A stretch of DNA of 52,423 nucleotides from a virus (IMGVR_UViG_3300020172_003900:1-52423), one strand, 5' to 3'. Shown: positions 29,649-37,619, counted from the stretch's first letter. Notes: generated by a model from the sequence alone, not told the origin. Translations and numbers: made by a program.

Positions 29649-29803
29649 TTCAAAGAACTCACTTTTCAGGGGGAGTAGGTCACCATCCTACCAACTACCC
29701 ACTCCCCCGTCCAACTACAATACAAATGTACTGCGATTTTTTTAATTAACCAAACATTTTTTATTCACTTCCGAGTTTGGACGTGTTTTACTTCCGAGTT
29801 TGG
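29649..29803 (-). promoter_or_regulatory. Internal promoter of tRNA array 1 with boxA-like element and upstream 14-bp direct repeat
   Basis: TTTG-N20-TACATTTG (29723-29730); GTTCTTTGAA 29649-29658; CCAAACTCGGAAGT x2 at 29767-29780 and 29790-29803. Confidence 0.6.
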
Positions 29804-29812
29804 CATTTTTTG

Positions 29813-29885
29813 TAGTTCCTGTAGGAATCGAACCTACGACATCTTGTATGTAAAACAAGCGCTCTCCCAACTGAGCTAAGGAACT
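29813..29885 (-). tRNA. tRNA-Val(TAC)
   Basis: CTTGT-TTTACAT-ACAAG. Confidence 0.92.
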
Positions 29886-29890
29886 GTAAG

Positions 29891-29962
29891 TACCGATGGG
29901 TGGTATCGAACCACCGACAACTTCCGTATGAAAGAAGTGCTCTACCACTGAGCTACATCGGT
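29891..29962 (-). tRNA. tRNA(CAT), probably elongator Met
   Basis: CTTCT-TTCATAC-GGAAG; paired 1-72; Met versus Ile2 not certain. Confidence 0.8.
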
Positions 29963-29968
29963 ATTTTG

Positions 29969-30039
29969 TTGTCCCTGAAGGATTCGAACCTCCACTAGGT
30001 GGACCAAAACCACCTGTCCTGCCATTAGACCAAAGGACA
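29969..30039 (-). tRNA. tRNA-Gln(TTG)
   Basis: GGTGG-TTTTGGT-CCACC; U1-A72. Confidence 0.92.
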
Positions 30040-30046
30040 ATTTAAG

Positions 30047-30127
30047 TGGGAGTGGAGGGATTCGAACCCCCAATGTCATAAGACCACTGATTTACAGTCA
30101 GCTAAGCAACCGTTGCTCAACACTCCC
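30047..30127 (-). tRNA. tRNA-Tyr(GTA)
   Basis: CTGA-CTGTAAA-TCAG; long variable arm. Confidence 0.9.
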
Positions 30128-30131
30128 AATT

Positions 30132-30258
30132 TAGGAAAACAGAAGATGGTCGAGTGGACATCTGTTTTTACGATTAGCATTACTTGGGTGAATACCTGCC
30201 AACTCCGATTGTACTAGTCAGTATTCACTCTCGAACTATCAGTACAATCATTCCCTAA
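30132..30258 (-). ncRNA. Putative three-hairpin RNA with loop-loop pairings
   Basis: Stems GATTGTACT/AGTACAATC and AAAACAGA/TCTGTTTT; loop GTGAATAC complementary to loop GTATTCAC. Confidence 0.5.
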
Positions 30259-30275
30259 TCAACCTAATTTTTTTG

Positions 30276-30347
30276 CGGCCAGGGAGAATTACGATATCTC
30301 GACCTATCGCTTAACAGGCGATTGCTCTTCCTCTGAGCTACCTGGCC
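30276..30347 (-). tRNA. tRNA-Asn(GTT), atypical T-arm
   Basis: ATCGC-CTGTTAA-GCGAT; T-loop ATCGTAA. Confidence 0.85.
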
Positions 30348-30886
30348 AATTTTTTACTTATTGAGTAACCATTATGTTCTAAAATTTTAATACACCACAT
30401 TAATAATTCGTCAGTTGTTAAGTCACCTTTCATATTGTTAACAGTCGGAGTTAAAATCCCCAAATTTTCAAGGGAGTTATTCCCCCCTCTACTAACAGGT
30501 ATTATGTGGTCAAAATGATATTCGTCTTTAAATAAGTTAATATCAATTCCCGTCAAATAACATTTAGCATCCTCACCAAATTTTTCAATAACCGTCTCCC
30601 AAGTAAATGTAGTTTCAAAGTCTTTATTAATTTTACCCTGAACGGAATTATCACGTTTATTAAATTTTCGAACACATTCTTTTTTATACCTATTTTTTCT
30701 GTATTTATAAGTTTCTAATTTTTTTAGAATAATGTTTTCTCTTCGTTTTTTAGTTCTATCCTTAACTTTTTCTTTTTGACCTACACCACAATAATATGAA
30801 ATTGTTGATTTAGAACAATTTAGTATTTCCTGTATTTGTTTGTAAGTTTTACCTTCTTCTCTAAGTTGTAATATTTTTTCTTTCAT
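30338..30886 (-). CDS. HNH endonuclease with N-terminal HTH (putative free-standing homing endonuclease)
   Basis: LREEGKTYKQIQEILNCSKSTISYY HTH; FDHIIPVSRGGNNSLENL...NNMK; stop lies inside the tRNA-Asn 5' end. Confidence 0.85.
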   Translation of the reverse strand: MKEKILQLREEGKTYKQIQEILNCSKSTISYYCGVGQKEKVKDRTKKRRENIILKKLETYKYRKNRYKKECVRKFNKRDNSVQGKINKDFETTFTWETVIEKFGEDAKCYLTGIDINLFKDEYHFDHIIPVSRGGNNSLENLGILTPTVNNMKGDLTTDELLMWCIKILEHNGYSISKKLAR

Positions 30887-30957
30887 AATACTCTTTATTA
30901 ATAAATATTACATTACTCTAAAAAGTTCGATACAATCATTAAAAATTCGAACTATTG

Positions 30958-31029
30958 CACGGGTGGAGAATTACGATATCCCGACACCTGGTTTTGGAGA
31001 CCAGTGCTCTGCCCCTGAGCTACACCCGT
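30958..31029 (-). tRNA. tRNA-Trp(CCA), atypical T-arm
   Basis: CTGGT-CTCCAAA-ACCAG; T-loop ATCGTAA. Confidence 0.85.
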
Positions 31030-31034
31030 ATTAG

Positions 31035-31108
31035 AGGTCAGAGTCGGATTCGAACCGACGAATACTTGTTTTGCAGACAAGCCCCTTAAACCACTTGGGT
31101 ATCTGACC
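31035..31108 (-). tRNA. tRNA-Cys(GCA)
   Basis: CTTGT-CTGCAAA-ACAAG; U73. Confidence 0.92.
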
Positions 31109-31112
31109 GTAG

Positions 31113-31187
31113 TGTCCCCGAAGAGATTCGAACTCTTGACCCCTCCATTAAAAGTGGAGTGCTCTAAACCAACTGAGCTACGAAGAC
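31113..31187 (-). tRNA. tRNA-Lys(TTT)
   Basis: CTCCA-CTTTTAA-TGGAG. Confidence 0.92.
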
Positions 31188-31193
31188 ATTAAG

Positions 31194-31267
31194 TTGTCAC
31201 AGATGGGCTCGAACCATCGACCTTTCGCGTATCAGGCGAACGCTCTAACCAACTGAGCTATGTGACA
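31194..31267 (-). tRNA. tRNA-Ile(GAT)
   Basis: TTCGC-CTGATAC-GCGAA. Confidence 0.92.
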
Positions 31268-31335
31268 ATGTTTAGTTTTACAAAACAAATATAACCATTT
31301 TTTGGTATATAACGCTCTATTTTACTAATTTTTTG

Positions 31336-31407
31336 TCGGGGTAGCAGGAGTCGAACCTGCCGCCTCTTGGTCCCAAACCAAGCGTCTCTCCCCGAGACTA
31401 TACCCCG
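31336..31407 (-). tRNA. tRNA-Pro(TGG)
   Basis: CTTGG-TTTGGGA-CCAAG; C1-G72. Confidence 0.9.
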
Positions 31408-31425
31408 ATTATTTACTTACCAATA

Positions 31426-31436
31426 TTTCAAAGAAC
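31426..31436 (-). promoter_or_regulatory. boxA-like element
   Basis: GTTCTTTGAAA between terminator and first tRNA; 19 nt identical to 38357-38375. Confidence 0.6.
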
Positions 31437-31440
31437 ACAT

Positions 31441-31476
31441 AAAACAAAAAACCCCGAACCTAAGTTGGTTCGGGGT
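31441..31476 (-). terminator. Attenuator terminator of tRNA array 1
   Basis: ACCCCGAACC-AACTTA-GGTTCGGGGT-TTTTTGTTTT. Confidence 0.85.
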
Positions 31477-31512
31477 CTCGATGTTTGTTATTTGTCTAAC
31501 TTAATCTTATCC

Positions 31513-31623
31513 TTAATTTGTTTCATCAACAACCGAACCAATAAATGCCATACGCGGATACCAACAGTTACTAAACTGTTTTACCACGTTAATAATCGAC
31601 ATATGTTGTTTATTAGTTCTCAT
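31513..31623 (-). CDS. Leader peptide 1 (36 aa) MRTNKQHMSIINVVKQFSNCWYPRMAFIGSVVDETN
   Basis: TACCTTTG promoter box at 31662-31669; 3' part contains antiterminator TTGGTTCGG; codons match array-1 anticodons. Confidence 0.75.
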   Translation of the reverse strand: MRTNKQHMSIINVVKQFSNCWYPRMAFIGSVVDETN

Positions 31624-31707
31624 TATTTCTAATTTTATTGTTGTTTTACTTATAACTATTACAAAGGTACAAAAAGTTTCCTGATTGTCAAATAATTTTC
31701 TGTTTTT

Positions 31708-33306
31708 TTATGCTCCGCCAGTATTTTTCTTATCAATATCCTTTGCGGCGTTCATTGCGTAGGATTTAGTTTGACCCTTAACATACTTACCAACCGCCTT
31801 TTTATTTGTTAGTTTAATATCAACACCTGTTTTCTCTTTAATCTTATCCGCTAAAGCATCCTCACCTTTATTTTTAGCAATATTCATCATCTCTTGAACT
31901 GTTTTATTACTACTTTGTTTTTTAATAAAATTATCGGTAAGTGTCTCAATTTCTTTTTTATGATTATTAATTGTTTGAACAACTTTAAGTTCTTCAGGAT
32001 TAAATGGTATTTTATTAATTGTTTTTTCGGCAATTTTTTCAAAGGTTGCCGAACCAATACCTTTAAGTGCAGGTATTTCGGATGCAAATGGTAAAACACT
32101 AAATGCCATTGTAAGACCAGCTTCGGCGTTTTTACCTTCTGAGAAATATATTGCAGAATCGGCAATTCCAAGACCTGCCGCTAATAAAGGTCCAACAAAT
32201 GGTATAAACATACTTGCAATTTGTAACCCTTCAATAACTTTGTGACCTTCTTCTGCAGTTAATCCTCCCCCAACACAAGTAGGTTTTGCTCTATCGTAAA
32301 CTCCCTTAATTTGGGAAGCATTTACCGAGTCGTAAAAAGACGCCATAAAGTTATAAACCCCTTCAGGGAAATATACGGTTGCATTATTATTTGTACTGGC
32401 AACTACGTCTTGTAATAATTTACCCCATTGAAAATAAAAATCGGATAGAATAAAGTTGGCATATAATGGAGTAATTTTATTTTTATTGTGTGTCCATATT
32501 GCAGATTGTGGATTATTTATTAAATCTTTTATTGAGGTACCATAAGATGTTAATTTTTTACTTACCATTTTAACATTACCTAAACTAGACAAACCTATTT
32601 GTAAACATTCTGTATTATTCCACCCAACTCTATTTGTTTGGATATCGGTTAAATATTTTATACTAAAAAGAGCGGCTAAGTTATAGTGTTGGTTAGGACT
32701 ACTTGGAGTTGGGAAAGTATATCCTCCAAAACTATCGACAATAAGTCCTTGTGATTTTAAGAATTGATAATTTTTTTGATATTCTGTACTTGTTTCATAA
32801 CAAGCCTTTTTACCTTTAGAATCAACATACTGACCGTTTTTAGAACAAGCCTCACTTCTTTCTTTCTTTTCTTTTTGCTCTTGCCAAGTTGCTAAGTTTT
32901 CCCAATAATATTGGTCTCCATATGATTTACCACATAAATTTTTAGATAGATAACCTGACAAAACTTTTGTTTTATCGTAAAACCAAGAATTTGCAGAACT
33001 ATTCCAAAACTTACCAGCGTTTTGACCGTCACAATAATAAACAGTTGATGGTTTTATTTTTTTACCAACAACTCTATCAACAGATGCGGTAAATGATGCT
33101 CCTCCTGTGGATTTATCTTTCTTATCTCCATATTGGTGAGCGGTGAATCTTGTTCCTTTAGGTATTTTAATTTGACCACCAAGCATAGTATTTTTAGTCA
33201 AAATTCTATCTTTAACTAACGTATACGTTTGATTAACAGGCTTATTAGTTTTAGTTGCCTGTTCAATAATACTTTTAAATTGATTTTCGGTAATGATTAC
33301 TCTCAC
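31708..33306 (-). CDS. Putative internal virion protein with C-terminal hydrophobic hairpin (PT-TG-like)
   Basis: GTG start; MRVIITENQFKSIIEQ propeptide-like; IASMFIPFVGPLLAAGLGIADSAIYFSEG. Confidence 0.55.
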   Translation of the reverse strand: MRVIITENQFKSIIEQATKTNKPVNQTYTLVKDRILTKNTMLGGQIKIPKGTRFTAHQYGDKKDKSTGGASFTASVDRVVGKKIKPSTVYYCDGQNAGKFWNSSANSWFYDKTKVLSGYLSKNLCGKSYGDQYYWENLATWQEQKEKKERSEACSKNGQYVDSKGKKACYETSTEYQKNYQFLKSQGLIVDSFGGYTFPTPSSPNQHYNLAALFSIKYLTDIQTNRVGWNNTECLQIGLSSLGNVKMVSKKLTSYGTSIKDLINNPQSAIWTHNKNKITPLYANFILSDFYFQWGKLLQDVVASTNNNATVYFPEGVYNFMASFYDSVNASQIKGVYDRAKPTCVGGGLTAEEGHKVIEGLQIASMFIPFVGPLLAAGLGIADSAIYFSEGKNAEAGLTMAFSVLPFASEIPALKGIGSATFEKIAEKTINKIPFNPEELKVVQTINNHKKEIETLTDNFIKKQSSNKTVQEMMNIAKNKGEDALADKIKEKTGVDIKLTNKKAVGKYVKGQTKSYAMNAAKDIDKKNTGGA

Positions 33307-33329
33307 ATATATAAATACTTTAAGAGTAT

Positions 33330-33860
33330 AAAAAAAGAAAGGTTCTAAATCATCCCCACGCCATTTTGGGAGAACCTTTCAAAGTTAAGTATATCTTGGC
33401 GACATAATATCCCACACCATTATGACTAAGATTTGTTAGCCCATAGTAACCATCCTTGGTGGGTTTCTACTCTCACACTCCGTCCATATTTACTAACCTA
33501 ATCGATGTGTCATAGATTTTCAGATATTGCGTTCAGTGTTACCCTCAGGACATCTTCACCCTACCCCCAAAGTTACGTGGCGAGTCTCACTCGGAAGCTG
33601 AGTGTGTATTGTAGAATTGTCCAGTATTTCTACAACTTGTGGATTGTATTACGACTAATTAAAGCCCCCTTACCCCCTCTATCCATAATGGGGAATCCTA
33701 TCTAACCTGTGTAGCCTCCCCCATAGCCTTGAAGCCTTCAAGTCAGGTTCACACACCATAACAGTCGGATATCTCTGTTAATCGTGGGGTCTTAAATAGA
33801 GTATGACGTATGCTCGTTTTATAGTTGTTTCCATCCGCAAACTCACGGTTCTCTCTATTT
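33330..33860 (-). ncRNA. Large stand-alone ncRNA (~520 nt), class unassigned
   Basis: Own promoter TTTG-N19-TACATTTG (33867-33897) and terminator GAAAGGTTCT/AGAACCTTTC plus U7; GC-rich, no sense ORF of 60 aa or more, many hairpins. Confidence 0.6.
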
Positions 33861-33900
33861 CTTTTACAAATGTATGGATTTTTTTTTAATCTTCAAACAA

Positions 33901-34485
33901 TTAAGATAAAAAAGACAAAACTTTTTCTTTAATTCCAGATTGTTTTAACCCTTCATTCGCGCTTGGAGTTAAGACAAAATTTTCTAATCCCCAATCGTGA
34001 GTAAACTTCATACCATAATACATACCTGTTTTACCCATATCAAGGTCATCTATTGAAACCCAATGAGTAACTTCGGGATGGTCGTGTAAGTACTGTTTAA
34101 TTTCAATTGTACGAGTTTGTTGTAAATCCCAATCTCTAGACCAAATAAAGTTATTTCCGTGTACCGTACATTCACTTAAATTAGGTGTAAAGGCGATTGG
34201 TTTTTTTGAAATACCTTTTGACTCATAGTACTCACCCATTTCCTCAACATTTGCCCATCTTTTCCAATCCGAAGATACAACAATCTCAGCACCAGTTTCT
34301 TCTAAAATTTTATTTAAAACTTTAACCGCCTTTTCGTTGAAGTTGTCAAATCTATACTCGATTGGCATACCTTTAACATCCATAGTAAGTTTATTACCTT
34401 CCCATTTTTGTCTTTTCTTGTAACGACCTCCCCACTCTGTGGATAAACAGATTACTCCGTCGTGGTCTAAAAATATAACTTTCAT
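33901..34485 (-). CDS. HAD-family phosphatase (Swiss-Army-Knife RNA-repair-like)
   Basis: IFLDHDGV, IVVSSDW, WVSIDD. Confidence 0.82.
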   Translation of the reverse strand: MKVIFLDHDGVICLSTEWGGRYKKRQKWEGNKLTMDVKGMPIEYRFDNFNEKAVKVLNKILEETGAEIVVSSDWKRWANVEEMGEYYESKGISKKPIAFTPNLSECTVHGNNFIWSRDWDLQQTRTIEIKQYLHDHPEVTHWVSIDDLDMGKTGMYYGMKFTHDWGLENFVLTPSANEGLKQSGIKEKVLSFLS

Positions 34486-34486
34486 A

Positions 34487-34654
34487 TTATTTTTTAATTA
34501 TATAACCTAAATTTTCAAAAATTAAAATCATCCCTACAAATGATAAGATAATACAAATTATCTTCATAAACAAATCTAAAGGTGTTTTTTTACTCCAAAT
34601 AACACCAAAAAAGAAAAACAATAGTGTTGCGATAATATTGAATATTAGTTGCAT
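34487..34654 (-). CDS. 55-aa two-TM membrane protein (not in track)
   Basis: MQLIFNIIATLLFFFFGVIWSKK...LGYIIKK; fills the gap between neighbours. Confidence 0.5.
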   Translation of the reverse strand: MQLIFNIIATLLFFFFGVIWSKKTPLDLFMKIICIILSFVGMILIFENLGYIIKK

Positions 34655-34659
34655 AGTTT

Positions 34660-35613
34660 TTATTTATTTATTAGGTCAAAGATACTAATTTTTTTGTAAG
34701 GTTTGTTAGGGATTATTGTAATTTTTTTAATTTTTTTCGATAATTCTACAGGGTCTTGGTTTGTTTCAAGATATTCTTTAATTAATGATTGTAATGGTTT
34801 TGCCAAACTATTATCAATATTAGTGTGAGTACAATTTGAAACTGCGTAATTTACAACTTTTGTCTTTTCTTTATTGATTGGGTAAGCGTTACCTCCTGAT
34901 AATAATTCTTCTTGGAATTCATCAATATCTCTAACATAATAATTTAAACACACTTTAACGTTAGATGGTATCATACAATTTAAAACTAACGTTTCTTGAA
35001 CTCTTCTAGTTTTATCCTTATACTGAGGGTCAATTGTTATTAACAAATCTACGTAAATATTTAAACTTTTAAGTTTTTCACAAGCTTTAATTAGATTATA
35101 AGAGCCTAAACTATGACCTAATAACACTACTTTACCGTTAGGATTTAATTGTTTGAAATAATAAACCTCTTGTATAATGTCTTCAGTTGTCAAAAGTAAA
35201 TTGTGTGTACCAGTGTAGGTAGATACGTGGGTACTATCATTAAAATATTTTTTTTCGATTTCACCTAAACCTGGAATATCTCTACTATCGTGATTTTCAA
35301 CCATTGTTTTATTTTTACTTAAAACATCTTCGTGAGGACTAACAAAAGTTCCTTGGGCAATAATAACTAAAGTGTTTTCACTCTTTTTGAGATAATTCAT
35401 ATCATACGGAGTTAGTTCAACTTTATTACTATAATAAGTTAACTTCATTTCGTGTGCGGTTATTAAAAACCCTAAAATCCCTAACAAAAATAATGGGATT
35501 GATTTTAATTTTAATTTGGTAACTTTAATTAAAAACACAAATAACACTAATGTTGCACATAGGTTAAATATTAATTGTGAGTGTACTAAGAAAGATGATA
35601 TAATTTCTGTCAT
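34660..35613 (-). CDS. Membrane-anchored alpha/beta hydrolase
   Basis: Two N-terminal TMs; VVLLGHSLG; ITIDP; THTNID. Confidence 0.7.
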   Translation of the reverse strand: MTEIISSFLVHSQLIFNLCATLVLFVFLIKVTKLKLKSIPLFLLGILGFLITAHEMKLTYYSNKVELTPYDMNYLKKSENTLVIIAQGTFVSPHEDVLSKNKTMVENHDSRDIPGLGEIEKKYFNDSTHVSTYTGTHNLLLTTEDIIQEVYYFKQLNPNGKVVLLGHSLGSYNLIKACEKLKSLNIYVDLLITIDPQYKDKTRRVQETLVLNCMIPSNVKVCLNYYVRDIDEFQEELLSGGNAYPINKEKTKVVNYAVSNCTHTNIDNSLAKPLQSLIKEYLETNQDPVELSKKIKKITIIPNKPYKKISIFDLINK

Positions 35614-35689
35614 ATTTGTTTTTTTATTTTAATTATAATAAAAAATTACAGTAAATAAATTATGGAAATGAGTTTGTTAGAATGTTTTG

Positions 35690-35763
35690 TAGTGACGATG
35701 GGATTTGAACCCATAACCTTGACCGTATAAGAGTCCTGCGCTCACCAATTACGCCACGTCACT
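35690..35763 (-). tRNA. tRNA-Ile(TAT)
   Basis: GACT-CTTATAC-GGTC; acceptor AGTGACG/CGTCACT. Confidence 0.8.
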
Positions 35764-35768
35764 ATATG

Positions 35769-35842
35769 TGGTCCCTGTAGGGTTCGAACCTACGACCCCC
35801 TGATTATGAGTCAGATGCTCTAACCGACTGAGCTAAGGGACC
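35769..35842 (-). tRNA. tRNA(CAT), probably Ile2 (lysidine)
   Basis: GGTCCCTTAGCTCAG...CTGACTCATAATCAG, resembles ileX-type tRNAs. Confidence 0.82.
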
Positions 35843-35853
35843 TAAATAAAAAA

Positions 35854-35953
35854 GTAGTCAGAGGTTGGTGGGACTATTACCTAGGGGCTAGCACCCGTTC
35901 CCTAATAATCGGTGGACACCGATTGCCCAAATTAGGTACACCAACTTGACTAC
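35854..35953 (-). ncRNA. Putative 100-nt structured RNA, ends similar to the 29100-29232 element
   Basis: GTAGTCA/TGACTAC and GTTGGTG/CACCAAC closing stems; AATCGGTG/CACCGATT hairpin. Confidence 0.5.
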
Positions 35954-35960
35954 AGATACC

Positions 35961-36131
35961 TTAGAACACTATTAAATCTCCGTGGCAATTATCCCACTCA
36001 TCAATCCAATTTCTAATTGGTTCAATATTAATGTTTTCGGTATCAAATCTCTCGACTTGAGTACCTTGTTCTTCGGTGTTAACTTTTTCAGTTATATTTT
36101 TATTTTCGTTTGGGTCAAATACATAATACAT
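35961..36131 (-). CDS. 56-aa hypothetical protein (not in track)
   Basis: MYYVFDPNENK...HGDLIVF; A-rich upstream. Confidence 0.4.
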   Translation of the reverse strand: MYYVFDPNENKNITEKVNTEEQGTQVERFDTENINIEPIRNWIDEWDNCHGDLIVF

Positions 36132-36153
36132 TTTATTTGTGTGGGTTTTTTTG

Positions 36154-36227
36154 AGCCTCCAGTCGGAATCGAACCAACGACCTGCTGATTACAAATCAGC
36201 CGCTCTGACCTGCTGAGCTATGGAGGC
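36154..36227 (-). tRNA. tRNA-Thr(TGT)
   Basis: GCTGA-TTTGTAA-TCAGC. Confidence 0.92.
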
Positions 36228-36240
36228 AATTACCATATAA

Positions 36241-36525
36241 TTATTTGATTTTCTTATATATGTAAGTTATAGTATCTCCGATTTTATAGATATCTGACCT
36301 ATCTGTTGAAAATCTTTGACCACACTCTGTTTTGTAGTAATACTTTGGAGTTAATTCGTTGATAGCGACAGGTTGTTTAACCCAAGAACTGTCAATCACA
36401 CACTTAACTACTTTATCACCAGGTTCAATTTTATTACGGTTTTCACATCCAACTAAAAAGAAGGCAACAAAACTAATCAATACGAACCAAAGAAGTGCTA
36501 ACAAGATAGGGATATTTTTTTTCAT
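36241..36525 (-). CDS. Small lipoprotein-like protein
   Basis: Hydrophobic N-terminus ending LVGC; TAAATTTG promoter box upstream. Confidence 0.6.
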   Translation of the reverse strand: MKKNIPILLALLWFVLISFVAFFLVGCENRNKIEPGDKVVKCVIDSSWVKQPVAINELTPKYYYKTECGQRFSTDRSDIYKIGDTITYIYKKIK

Positions 36526-36548
36526 ACAACAAATTTACAACATATTTT

Positions 36549-36797
36549 TTAAACCGCCAAATACTTAATTGAATTTTTCTTAATCCATTCAGGGTCGTGT
36601 TTAAACTCTTTCCAATTATCAAAATCTTTTAATTCTTCCAAAACCTCAATCGGTATTAAAGTAAATCCATCAGGAGCAATACCGTCAAATTTATGATACG
36701 ATGCGTATTCAATTTTTTCTTTAATCATTTGACAAAATAATTCATCATTAATAAAATTATTATGTTCTTGTTCTAAAAAGTCTTCGTTAGTATTCAT
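36549..36797 (-). CDS. Hypothetical protein
   Basis: Start moved to MNTNEDF to avoid overlap with tRNA-Arg. Confidence 0.55.
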   Translation of the reverse strand: MNTNEDFLEQEHNNFINDELFCQMIKEKIEYASYHKFDGIAPDGFTLIPIEVLEELKDFDNWKEFKHDPEWIKKNSIKYLAV

Positions 36798-36811
36798 AAT
36801 CAATTGATAAG

Positions 36812-36885
36812 TGACCTCGGAAGGATTCGAACCTTCGACCCACAACTTAGAAGGTTGTTGCTCTATCCATCTGAGCTACGAGGCC
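36812..36885 (-). tRNA. tRNA-Arg(TCT)
   Basis: ACAAC-CTTCTAA-GTTGT. Confidence 0.92.
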
Positions 36886-36890
36886 ATATT

Positions 36891-37067
36891 TTATATTTTT
36901 TTAATGTTATATTTATGACCTGAGTCTGAATTTAATTCAAATATTTTCCTCATTTGATTAGCCTCGTCCTCAGTCTCAAATTCCCATATCTCATTTTGAG
37001 AATTCAATATTATTACGGGCAATTCAACACCGTTTAAATTTTTAATAAATTTTATAATAACCCACAT
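36891..37067 (-). CDS. 58-aa hypothetical protein (not in track)
   Basis: MWVIIKFIKNLNGVELPVIILNSQNEIWEFETEDEA...; TACCTTTG promoter box near 37090. Confidence 0.5.
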   Translation of the reverse strand: MWVIIKFIKNLNGVELPVIILNSQNEIWEFETEDEANQMRKIFELNSDSGHKYNIKKI

Positions 37068-37116
37068 AGTTTTTTTGTTTCTTTCATTACAAAGGTACGG
37101 ATTAAATATGAATTAA

Positions 37117-37275
37117 TCAAATAAGTCCAAGTAAAATTAGTGATTTATGGATTAATAACAACATTAATATGAATACGCCAAAAATCACAGTATATCCAAA
37201 AACACGATTATTACCCATCACTTGTTTTTTTGAACGTCCTTGCCATTCATCAGAATCCCAATCATCATTACTCAT
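37117..37275 (-). CDS. 52-aa single-TM protein (not in track)
   Basis: MSNDDWDSDEWQGRSKKQV... then hydrophobic C-terminus. Confidence 0.45.
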   Translation of the reverse strand: MSNDDWDSDEWQGRSKKQVMGNNRVFGYTVIFGVFILMLLLIHKSLILLGLI

Positions 37276-37302
37276 ACCTATAAGTATTTAATTGTTTATT
37301 TG

Positions 37303-37374
37303 CGGTCCCACGGGGAATCGAACCCCGAACTCAGCCGTGACAGGGCTGCATTATAGCCGTTTAACTATGAGACC
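37303..37374 (-). tRNA. tRNA-Asp(GTC)
   Basis: CAGCC-CTGTCAC-GGCTG; G73. Confidence 0.92.
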
Positions 37375-37379
37375 TTTTG

Positions 37380-37452
37380 AGCGGATAGTGAGAATCGAAC
37401 TCACATCTTCAGCTTGGAAGGCTGAAGTAATGAACCATTATACGATATCCGC
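37380..37452 (-). tRNA. tRNA-Gly(TCC)
   Basis: TCAGC-CTTCCAA-GCTGA; U73. Confidence 0.92.
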
Positions 37453-37461
37453 TTATTATTG

Positions 37462-37534
37462 AGCGGTAGACAGGATTCGAACCTGCGACCCTAACCTTGG
37501 CAAGGTTATGCTCTACCAACTGAGCTACTACCGC
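37462..37534 (-). tRNA. tRNA-Gly(GCC)
   Basis: TAACC-TTGCCAA-GGTTA; U73. Confidence 0.92.
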
Positions 37535-37619
37535 GTTTAGATGAGTCGTGGACTTGTGTACCACTTTTGTCCCCCTTTAAATTATTCACTAACCCCAGGT
37601 GTAGGGAAACCCATCTTAG

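Noticed and set aside
28796-29948. Track ORFs over the tRNA array (also 19114-19305, 35982-36188, 37506-37775)
   Set aside because: They overlap clear tRNA or tmRNA genes
33505-33705. 66-aa plus-strand ORF
   Set aside because: Antisense to a promoter/terminator-bounded RNA; composition unlike the phage proteins
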